This document shows, piece by piece, positions 27,201 through 39,200 of a stretch of DNA of 64,000 bases (its first letter is position 1; each line of letters opens with the position of its first letter). The translations under genes were made by a program, and so were the position numbers. Location: NCBI RefSeq assembly GCF_037042905.1, contig NC_087249.1:10294001-10358000 (forward strand), written 5' to 3'. Origin of the DNA: Lytechinus pictus. Taxonomy: Eukaryota. The notes beneath the pieces are model-generated. The model was not told where the DNA came from. It did no database searches and saw only the letters and a list, made by a program, of their open reading frames with translations.

Positions 27201-30200
27201 CTATTAAAGACACAGTCCTCCATATGCACATCATGTAATGCTCAATCCTCAGTGCTTTACTTAATTGCTTTCTTTGCAATTGGCAATCATATGTAGATTG
27301 ATGCTTGCTTGCCTTGAATCAGCATGCGATGTTTATTCAAACTGATGGGTAAATATCAGCTTGTGCATGGTGGGCCAGTGTAAGGATGATTTCAAATGTA
27401 ACTTATGTACACATTAATGTACACTTCCAGACAGCACCGTGGTACAAAGGGTATAAAATGGAAGCTATATGACATGTACTGCGGCTGATCGACTGATCAA
27501 TTTTTGACTTCAGAATATATACATTTGACTAGTTTCACATTATATAATGGCCAGTACCACAAGCAGTTGCATGTTATTAAAAATCAACTTAAAGTCATAT
27601 GCTTACATGTACTTCTGATTGGTTAAAATTAAGTTGCATTCGATTTTCAGAGTGATTGCAATTCTTTCTTTGGTTGGCAAAGATTGGTTTAATGCCAGGG
27701 GCGGATCCAGGATTTTCCAAAGGGGGGGGGGGGTAGCTATTTTTCGGAGGGAAAATTTGACAAGCAAAAAAAAAAAAAATTAACTAGCAAAAAAAAAATG
27801 TCTTCACTTTCAAACTTTCAAAAGAGGTGGCACACTTCTGTTAATGGCATTTTTACATTACAAATTTTAATTTTGCTTCTCAAAGGGGGGGGGGGGGGCA
27901 CGGGCCGGCTGTACCTCCCTGGATCCGCCAGTGGTTAATGCCAATGGGGATCTGGGTTATCCCTTTCTTGAAAAAAAAAATCTTTTTTCTTCATCATCAC
28001 AATAACCATCACCACTGTTTACACTGTAAAAAATATTCAGTAAAATTTTAACCAGCAAGAGAGTATTGTGTGTCAAACCAATTTTGGGCAGTATTTTAAT
28101 ACCCAATGCAGGAAGCATATTGTCCAGTAAGGTTAAACAAATAAGCAATTATTTTAGAATGGGCAATATTGTCATCATCATCATCATCAATTCTTATCAT
28201 TATTACCACACCATCATCATAATCAATATAATCATCATTATTATCATCATCATTCCCTCCATCATCTCTATCACTTAAAAAGATTTTTTTTTTAATGGAT
28301 ACAAGAGAATCAATATTTTTCTGGTAAAACAAGAAAGCAAATGCCGCATTTTCCCACAAACCCTATTATCCATGTATGCTATTCCTTCCCTGCAATGATA
28401 AAAAAGGGGCTTTAAAGCTTTCACTTGCTGAAAATAAGTAGTACAGACTTCTCTAAAAACCTCTCTTTATTTGTTTACAATGTCTCTCAGGAAGTATTGC
28501 AATGAGCACTAAAATCCGGCTCATTATCTTCAGCAGATCTTGATCAGGGAGGCATTTTCATCACAATCCCACGAGAGAGACTCTTTAAAGAGTTATTAAT
28601 GTGCAAATTACCCACCATCCTGTGCGGGGCAAACATCCACAAGCATAATACAGGATTATTGTAGGAGAGCATTCGAGGAAATTTGCAAGTAAGCCAACTA
28701 TAACTATGACATACATCCATGGTCTAACGTAAGGAAAAATATCAGAATCACAATTTCATATTAAATAGGCCTATAACATGTACATGTACATGCATCTTCA
28801 AAATCCCTATTCTAAATTACAGAATCTGCATTTACAAAAGGCATGCCTGCAAAGATAAAACACAATTGATCTATAAAACAGGGGCAACAAAAATGAGGAC
28901 TCACAATTTTTTCAGTGATTTTATTTCCTTTGGAACATTTTACAAAACATGTGACCATCATGCAGTTACATTTTATGACAAAAATCTAGATAAAGAAAAA
29001 ACATAAGGCGATTTAATACAGACTTAATATTGGATCACCAATTGATTTGAATATATGGAGAAAAATCAAACTAGCACAACACTGAAAATTCAATCTAAAT
29101 CGGATGTAAAATAAGAAAGTTATGACAATTTAAAGTTTCGCTTATTTTTCACAAAACAGTGAAATGCACAACTCAGTGACATGCAGATGAGACAGTCGAT
29201 GTTGTCCCTCACTCACTATTTCTTTTGTGTTTTATTGTTTTAATAATAGGGGAAGGCGGGGTAAGTTGAGCATAGGGGCAAGTTGAGCCACCACCCCCAG
29301 GCCAATAATGAATGAGTCAGACATTGTGGTGGTGTCATGTATTGATGACCCATTATATAACCCTTTACCCAACCACATTGTTTTTGACTTTGAAACAAAA
29401 AGTACTTTTTTAGAGGGAAAAATACAAATTTTAGTCAAAAAAGTAAAAAAGGGTGTAAAATATATGAGTGCTTTTTACACACACAGGTCTTTAAATATAA
29501 TAAAGAAATAGGAACAATATTGTTAGTCTAGGTATGGATCTTCATTCTTGTCATAGTCTTTTAAATGATGGATGCATAAGAAGTGTGTGGATGTGAAAAT
29601 ATCGCATTAAGTACGGACTGGGGTACTTTGAGCCAGCCAACATGGGGCAAGTTGAGCCATTCCTTAAATCTTATGGTAATGCAGGCCTGGGTAATGTATA
29701 ATAAAAAATAAAAGAAAACTTGAAAAGCCATTGATATGCAGGCAGAAAGGTGCAGATTCACATGATATTTCTTTTATTTTTAGAGGATGTTAGTATTAAG
29801 AGATTTAAAAATTGAAAAGACTTGAAATAAAAAATTTACATATTGCTTCTTCCCGCATACATTTTGTACATAGTTTTTGTGGCTCAACTTACCCCAGAAG
29901 GTGGCACAACTTACCCCACATATGGGGCAAGTTGAACCGTTTGACATCGGTTTTTTCAAAGGTCACCATGAATTTCAGTGTGGGGGTAGAGAGTTATATA
30001 TAGGTAAAAAATATTTCCCAATAATCAAATTTAAAGGCAAGGTAATTATTTCTACAATATTATTAGTCATATCAATTCTAACATGCAAAATGCAAAAAGC
30101 GTCACAACTTACCCCGCCTTCCCCTACTGATTTGACAATAAGGACTAACTTGACTGAACCATATAGTATTAAACAATGCCAATTCCACATGTTCAGGGAG

Positions 30201-33200
30201 GAATTAATCGTTGTTTCACTTGACAATGAGGAGAAAATTAGAATATTTCATATTTTATATAATAAAATACAAAAAAAATAGTGAGTGGATGACATCATCA
30301 GTCTCCTCATTTGCATACCGACCAGGATGTGCATATAACTGTTTTGTGAAATTAAGCAAAACTTTAAAATGTCATAACTTTCTTTAATATTTTACATCCG
30401 ATTTAGATGAAATTTTCAATGTGTTATGCTTGTTGGATTTTTCTCTTTTTATTAAAATCAACTTTTTGTTAGGATGGACTTGTCCTTTAAGAATAAAATA
30501 TTCAGACCCAAAATACCAGATAAGTATTTTTCGCATTCACACCAGGCTGCACCAGACCATTAAAGGGTTTAAGTTCTTGGAGATGCATTTTGAGCAAGAG
30601 CAATGTGGTCCGAGGTTCCGAGCAGCGGACAAGGTATGCAATTCAAAATCCCCCCCCCTCCCCCTGATGATCGAGTTGGTTTGAATACGGCTAGTGAGCT
30701 TGAACGCACCCTCTGTTGAATAAACAATTTCATCCCACACAATATCCAGGAGGAAAACATTGATTGTCATTAGCTACAGAAGGAAGAAAGAACAAGTTTA
30801 CAAAGTCATCCGTTAACGCTAATCAGATAATGTCACATACGCACATCCGTGACAGTGTACATGTTCGGTTGAAGAAAAAAAAACACTTGATTTTGAGGAA
30901 CTTTTCGATATCCTTGCTTGAAAGGAAAAACAGATTTTAATTCACCTCCATTTGAACTTGGGGGTGTGCTGAAGTAAACAAATTCTACAGATTGATGATT
31001 TTCCCTCCAGACAATGTGAGCCGAGCTGTCATTTCAGATGTTTCTTAAAACAAGATGATGGATTTCAAAACCATGCATGAGAAAATATCGGCAGGACTGT
31101 CCCATAGTTTTTTTAATCTTGAATTATTTCATACTGCTTGGTGTTTCTATTTTTAAACTGGAGCTCATCTGAAAATTGATGATGTTCATCATATGCTAGA
31201 TGGATAACATAAAGTTGAAATTCAGAAAAATCAGAGTTTCCATGGAATAATGGAGACCTTGTGACCAGGCAATTATTTTTTATTTTCTTAAATTTATTTT
31301 TGGGGGCTAAATTTCGAGACCTACTGCCTAAATCTGTAACATTTGATAAGCTTTGACACTCCAGTGAATGGGGTTTTCCCCTGGGGGGGCACTCAGTATA
31401 TAATGCATAGTGGGTATGTGCCGCGGAGGGGACCCCCATTTTTACACTCAAATTTCCGTTCCAAGGCATAGCATTTTTGTCTTTTTGAGAAAAAGAACAA
31501 AGAAAGCCGCTCCAAGGTATAGCATTTCCTTCTTATCGAGAAAAAAGAAGAAAGAAATCCGTTCCAAAGCTTCGCATATTTTTCGTTACGCCGTTCCGGT
31601 CGCATTGATTTGCTACAAGGAGCTGCAGTTTGGTGAAAAGCGGCCGTAGAGCGCTTTTCGACCATCGCCTAAGCGAGAGCGCACCCGGCGGAGGCCGCGC
31701 TAGCTGCGTCATGCACGATTGCCCGTTCCATAGGGATGCATACGAACTCACAGAGATACGGAGATCCGTTCCGAGGACCCCCGTTTTCACAAACATTTGT
31801 AGTTCCGAAGCCCGTTCCGAGGACCCTCATTTTTACAATAAGCCCGCTCCAAGGCCCCCGTTTTTTTGCCTCGCCCGCGGCACACCCCTACCACTTTTTT
31901 GGTCGAGTGCCCCCCCCCCCCCCCCCCCGGGGGTTTTCCAAGGCTCTTCTGAGAATTTTTTTTTTTTTTTTTGGGGGGGGGGGGCAAAATTGCCCCAGAG
32001 CCCCCCTGTAATTACTGTATTTTCTCTGCGTGGGTCCATGGATCCTACTAAAACTAGTAGGATCCATGTTCGGACCATGGAAATGGAATTCTCATACATA
32101 AAATATAAAGACCCAGTTCCAGGAATATTGTTCACACAGTATGATGTACATGTATCATGTCGACTGTAATACAGTACTTTATATCGGTTACACTTCTTAA
32201 TTCCGAAAGTTCGTAATTCCGAAGGTTCTTTATTCCGAAGGTTCGTAATTCCGAAACACGTAAATTGCCTATACCTCGATGTTCGTTAATCCGAAAACGT
32301 AAAAGGGTTCGTTAATCCGAACATTTGTGGCGTTATTCCGAAGGTTCGATAATCTGAAAACGACATAAGGTTCGATGTTCCGAAGGTTCGTTAATCCGAA
32401 AACGAAATACGGTTCGTTGTTCCGAAGGTTCGTTAATCCGAAAACGAAATAAGGTTCGTTGTTCCGAAGGTTCGTTAGTCCGAAAACGAAATAAGGTTAG
32501 TTAATCATTTAGTTTTCGGACTAACGAACCTCATTTCTTTTTCGGATTAACGAACCTTCGGAATTACGAACCTCACTTCGTTTTCGGACTAACGAACCAT
32601 CGGAATTACGAACCTCATTTCGTTTTCGGACTAACGAACCTTCGGAATTACGAACCTTCGGAACAACGAACCTTCGGAATAATGAAGCTTCGGAATTACG
32701 AATGTATGCGCTTTATATCTATTAAAGCAAAGTTTGTGTTTGCATCAGGCAAAAAAATAATTTTTCATTATCAGGGGCTCCTTTTCACAAATTACTGCCT
32801 TAATCTGCAACATTGGATAAGCTTTAAACATAGCAATGAATGGGGATTTTCAAGGGGTCATTTTAGAGTTTCCAGGGATCTTTTGAGCACTTTGGGGGCA
32901 ACATTGCCCTGAGCTCCAATGTTAATCTTTTCTCTGCTTGGGACCATGGAAATGGAATTCTCATATCAATATTTTTATGTAAAATTATTGCAATAGCAGG
33001 CAAAATGAAGGCAATAAAACGTAAAGACCCAGTATCAGAAATATTTTTTTCAGTATTAATCCGATCTCTGAAAAAAAAATCAATTTTAACATGAAATACA
33101 ATAGATGTCCAAGCAAATTTTGTGTGTGCATCATCAATTCCAACAATCGGTATGTTTCTTTTTGTAATACAAGTGGACAGTACTGCACATGTATGTGTAT

Positions 33201-36200
33201 CATCTACATCAGTGTCCATCAAAGGTAATTGACCAGGAAATAAACATCTCAGAAAAGAAAGCTCGGCAATGACTCGTCATCTTTTGTCGAGTATTTTCCT
33301 GTTTTCCATTTTATTTTGATTACATTCTCTTCGTATTTTTTTCTATGCACATACATGTACTGTACATGTAGGCCTACACTGTACAATGTACATCTACATG
33401 TATAGGTATTTGTCCAAGTCAAATATTTTGAGACCACAAAAATCTCTTTGTGGAAGAAATTCAACCTTTATAAGAGGTTATAATATAACACAGAAAATTT
33501 TTGCTTCCCCAATATAATAAGCACTTTGGGTCAAAAAAAGAAAAGCTTTGAAGTTTTGTACAGTACAAGAGTGTAGATAAAATTCAACAAAACAAATGAA
33601 ATTTTGTGCTGCAATCTTTTAATAGAAAAAAGTGGAGCTAATTGCGATGCAAAACCAGAAAAATTATTCTGCATAATCTAATAAAAAAAAAGGTTCAATT
33701 TGGGCTATTAACAATCAATTAAAAAAAGGTTGACTATGGACGTTTACTAAGGGCGTATGCGGGGGGGGGGGGGGGGGGGGGTAGGGTTGGTGCACTCTCC
33801 CGATGAAACAGAGGAGTTATGACATTGGCAAGCAAAACAAATTTGTACCCCTTCTTCTGCTATCAACAGCTGATTTTCCAAACTTTAGTTATACCTACCT
33901 CCCCATGCTCAAACCAGCCTACGCCTTGTACGGTATTTACATATGTACATGTATTTCTCTTTCTCTTGTGTTTAATTCCTTTTGATTTGTTGTTGTGAAT
34001 TTCCTGTATCAAAGACAGTGTGTACCATCCAACTCTCTCTTTATAAAATGACCACACATTCCTTTCTTTGCCTTGGAATTCCTTACCCACAGGATTCCTT
34101 TGTTCTCCTTCATGTTTTTGCCTATTGTTTTCTAATCACATCCTCTGTATCTATTGTATTCTCTGTTTACATTCCTAGCCCAGGCCTCCTTAAAATAGCC
34201 GATCATCGTGCCAATCACCACTGCCTAGTAATCAAATATATTACATGCATGTACATGTAGACCTACAGTCTACGGAGTACTGTGTAAGGAAATAGTCCAA
34301 GGGCTGATTGCAATCTTATGCATTATGATGAGCAGGGTAAAAATTACATAAGGGCTAGGGCAATTACGCCCCCCCCCAAATTGAGCATTGGAATCCCCAT
34401 TCATCTCAGTGTTATAGCTTATCCAATGTTGAGGATTTAGACAGTAAGTTGTGAAATTTAGCTCTCGAAAATAAAAAAATAATTTTTGCCTGTGTATGAA
34501 TGAGGCTCACTGAAAAAATGATTATTGCCTCATAGCCCACTTTAAAGCAACTTTTATATAATGACATACAAAATTTAGCATCATTTATAAACAATGATCT
34601 TGTTCATTTTGACAGATAAATGAAATATGTTGGCGGGTAATGGCATCTCATGGTGCATCATAATAAATCAGCGACATGAAAGAGGGTCTTGCAAAGATCG
34701 TTTTGTGAAATTGGCCCATGGACTCCAAATTGGTCTTGGCTACATGTAGGCCACGTGTCCAGTACTGATTTTTTTTCTTCAACTCTCTTTATTCTAGATT
34801 CTTTCACAATGTAACAGAAAAAGGCCATGAAACTCATTATTGGCAATTCATTTCTTCACTTAATTTGACGTTTGATTAATTTCATTATCCACTCTTTGGG
34901 GAAAAAAAATTATTATGCTTTCATTTATCCTGATTTATTGATTGTATATCCCTTTATCTGCATGAAGTATACTGATGAACCTTTTGGATCTGCATAAATA
35001 ATGTATTTCTTTGAACATTGTCTACTAAAGATCTCTTCAATCATTTAACAACATTTGTCTATTCATTCATCCAAATATAATTATGTTTTTTATCATTTAT
35101 CTATCCATCCTTTATACTTTGATCATTCACTGAAGTAATATCTACTAATTCATTCATTCATACGAGATTGCATTTTAACCAAATACTTTTCAATTTTCTT
35201 TGAGGTATGTACACTTGATAGAATATTGTACTTCCTGCCATGGTGTATCATATTCATTTTACACATGAAAGAAAACAGGTGTATTACTATTTGTGACATG
35301 AGAATATTTGATGCAGAAAAAACATGACTATTTTTAAAAACCCACAACTCTGCCAGTGCCACATAAAGCAGGATATGGTTAGTGGATGCAGACACCAATA
35401 CTGATGTTTCATCAAATTTTACTTGGCAGGATGAGGAATGACAAACACTGTCAAACTTTCTTGAAAAACAGTCTTCTATAAAAAAGAAGATCATACTGTT
35501 TTTTTTTAAAGTTGTTTATGACAATGGGTTTTAATATATGATATAGACGTCTATCCTAAGAGTGTGGATACATGCAAACTATTTTATCAGTCTTGAGCTC
35601 TGAGGTTCGTTTGACATTTGGTCCCGTTACCTGACATTCAACCAAAAAATTACTTTTTTTCTTTCCAGGGCTCTTTTTGGAGAAACTTAAAAATTTTCCA
35701 GGGCTACTTTTTCATTTTCCAGGGCTCTTTTTCCACTTTCCAGGGCTACAATTTCTGGAGCTATTTCGCGGCTTTTTTGCGTTTGTGTCTGTGTGTGTGT
35801 GTGTGTGTGTGTGCCACATTGAAGGGATGCTGGTCAGCAGTGCAGGGCAAGTACACATTTAAATGCAATATAATGTATAATGTATAATTTAAATGCAATC
35901 ACGTACGTATTCATGAAATGCTACATAAATACACAGTGGCAAATTGTATAGAACGGATAGCGGTGCGTTCAACGCTAGCGGGCGTGTATATTTTGCTTAT
36001 TACATGACGTCATCCAGCCACTGCCGAGAGCCAATTTATGAATGAAAATATAGTAAGCATGCGCAGTGCAAGCCTTCCATAGCCCCACACAGTATTCCAC
36101 CAAAACAAGTGTGCAATACTCTATCACCTCGTACCAAAATCGACCTAGAATTTCACTTTCCTATAATTTATATGAATTATGAAAGGTATTCTCGGAGGAT

Positions 36201-39200
36201 CTATTTTCTCACCGATACCGAACAGGTAAGCAAATTTCGATTACTTCTTGATTTTCGGTCAAAATCTTACGAATTAGCGTTGATATAGCATCGTGTTCGT
36301 TGGAGTTTGTAGAGTCTATCGCAACGTGTACAAAGTCAATTGATTTCCGGGTTTCGGAGCGTCGCGTGAATATGCATGAAATTGCCGAGTCTCGATAATT
36401 TTCGATCGATACTGGAGCGATCCGATCACGAACCAAGACCATTTCCCGCGTAGACAATGTGACCGGATATCGTTATCGCTATCGATACTTTGGCACGCAG
36501 TCCGAAGGAATTATTTTGGCGACCACGTAGTCATGACGTGATCTGCGCGATTGGCCAATCAGCGGTCTCCGATTCGCTGAGCCGAGACGGTATATTCGTT
36601 GTACCATGAAGCTATTAATAGCTTCATGGTTGTACACAGTCTATGGACAATTTGCCACTGTAAAATATACAGTGTTGACGGGGGCGATTATGAGTTTTGC
36701 AGTCGCCCTCGTGTGAATGTTTTTAGCCCTTTTCCGGGGCTCTTTTTGGACTTTCCGGGGCGAATTCGCCCGCCGCCCCCGTGTAATTTTTTGGTTGCTG
36801 ACATTACATCCAATCACCTAAAACTTGCTTACGTTTATAAAATAGAGACATGTAAGGACAAGTTTTCTCAATAGGATACAATTATTACATTTTATGAAGA
36901 AAAAACGTAAATGCCATAATTTTGGTTGGAAAACTCACAATAATACAGCAAAAATGCAATGGCTGGCAGCTCTGCTACACAAATGCACTACTTTTTTTAA
37001 AACAAGCACACACAGTCATACACCATACACATGTTTTTTTCCACTGCTTACCTCTATTTTCTGTTTTTTAATGAAGGCTCCTAGACTGAATACTCTTATT
37101 GTGACCTGAAAAGATAAATCAAGGACAAAATAATACTTTAGTGAGTCATCTCTATCACAATAAAAAAAAAATTATCCAATTGGTTTTTGTAATGCATGAT
37201 TTGTTTTCTTTTGACATTCAACTGACCTAAAAATATACAATGTGAAAGACTGGTGGTCAATGCTGTTCATTATTACGTTGGGTTGGTCCCACATATTCAA
37301 AATCATGTATCATCAAACAATTTACTAGCACTAATGTGAAAATGTAGACAAAAAAAATTGTAAAAAATACACCACTGGTCTGGGGTGAAAAAGATCCATT
37401 TCAGCTGGGTTAATTCCTGTTTTCAATCATCCATCCAAAGTTCTGCAACAAACAAAATACATGTTCCACATCTCCAAAATTTTGCAAATTTCTACCAAAT
37501 CGCAAAAGCAATGATAAATGCTACAATGTCAAGTCAAAAGACTCAAGGTCAGATTACCAAAACATTTACAAAAGAATACATGATGCAAAAAGTCAGAGTT
37601 TAAAGGGACAATGTACATGTACATTTGGGCAAACATAACAGAGTGTCTTTGAAAGTTCATGAAACAATTCATTTATCAAAGGGTTTCAGATGATTAGATC
37701 TCATCTCATCAAGGTTAGATTTTTATCTCCATGTAGTTGAGATTTTATCAATAACTGAGAATTGAAAGAATTTTAACGTACTCATTTACAATTCAAATTT
37801 CAGGCAAAATTTTGAGGGTTGCTGTTTGTTGGTAAATTATTATACCACCATTTATCTCAGATCATACAAAACTGTAAAATCCATTTTGGTTTTAGTGTCA
37901 TAGACTCAGAGATATCATCTTGTGCAAAAGCAGATTTCACCTGTTCTACATGTACAATGTACACTCTGATGCTTTTGGATAATCTGTAATAAACAACAAT
38001 CAATTAGTTATGATGGATTTTATATGATATTGGACTTCGGTGAAAAAAAAGAATATTTTGCCTCTAGTTAATCACAATGTCTATAAATACAAAATAAAGT
38101 CTTCCTATCTTCTTTTCAATAATTCTTTCAATTTTCGGCATCCTCCGATTAAATATTCAATTTATTTTACTTTTTCCCCCTCAGAAGAAGTGTGTGATGG
38201 GGAAGGAAGGGGGTTGCACATGTGCATTGCAAGCACAAGAGACCAGACAGACAGTCTAAAACATGTACACATATCAATGCTGCTCTACAAGGATGGAACT
38301 GACAATTCTTAAGTGACATTTCCTTTGAAAGAGTATTAAAATGTACATATGTGACGTCAATCCAACATCATCTCCAGCCCGACTCATCTCTTTACAGTGA
38401 ATATAAAGGAGGATGAGTGCTCTGTTCATACTGAAAACTCGATCAACAAGTAAAAAAATAAAAATAAAAATAAACTCAAACTTAAATTTGGCTGGTGGTA
38501 ATCCTGGTACATGTATATTACCTGCTTACCGGTATTTTCATGCCATTGTAGGGCAAAGTGGTCAAAAGTAGGTCAAAGAGAAAATATCAAAGAAATAGAG
38601 CAATGGAAAACCAGCCAATACAACTCTTTCAATTTCTCACAATCAACTTTTGTATCCATCTATGAAATAAATACTGTAAATATATTCACAATCGAAGATG
38701 TACTCAACATGACCCCAATTCATCAACACTGCCTGTTTATTCATAACAAGATCTAAATCCAGTCACTGAAATTTAGTCTATAAAGTTCATGAACTTGTAT
38801 AATTCACCACATTCACCATCCATCAAGCTCAACAAACGCCAAGACACGTGAGCCGGTTTTGGTGTTATTTGTTGATTAAAAGATACTGTTTACGCATGTT
38901 CTTAGACCAAAATCTGCAACATTGTGCAAACATGATAAATGTTAGAATACTGTATGATAATATAAAGGTCATACACCAAACTGTTATTGTGCTTCCCTTT
39001 TGAATGCAAAATATTTATCAGTTACAATGATAAAAGCGATCATCTTAGGATTTTTTCCTCCTCTCTACAGGCTCTACAGGTAGCTTACTAGGGTAAAAAA
39101 ATTGATGATGCATGCTTCCTCTGCATAATAATTATCTACTGGTACATGTACATACGTACATATATATCCACTCTAACTATGTAAAAGCTGGTTTCTAAAC

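Noticed and set aside
30700..30773. Phase-1 reading NDNQCFPPGYCVG-TGA as a selenocysteine exon
   Set aside because: Wrong phase for this intron, another stop follows shortly, and there is no SECIS evidence.
31113..32169. Cluster of ORFs of 66-179 aa
   Set aside because: They lie in GC-rich nested MITEs with homopolymer runs and show no transposase motifs.
32185..32710. CRISPR-like array
   Set aside because: There are no unique spacers, the units invert midway, a TSD flanks the array, the context is eukaryotic and there are no cas genes.
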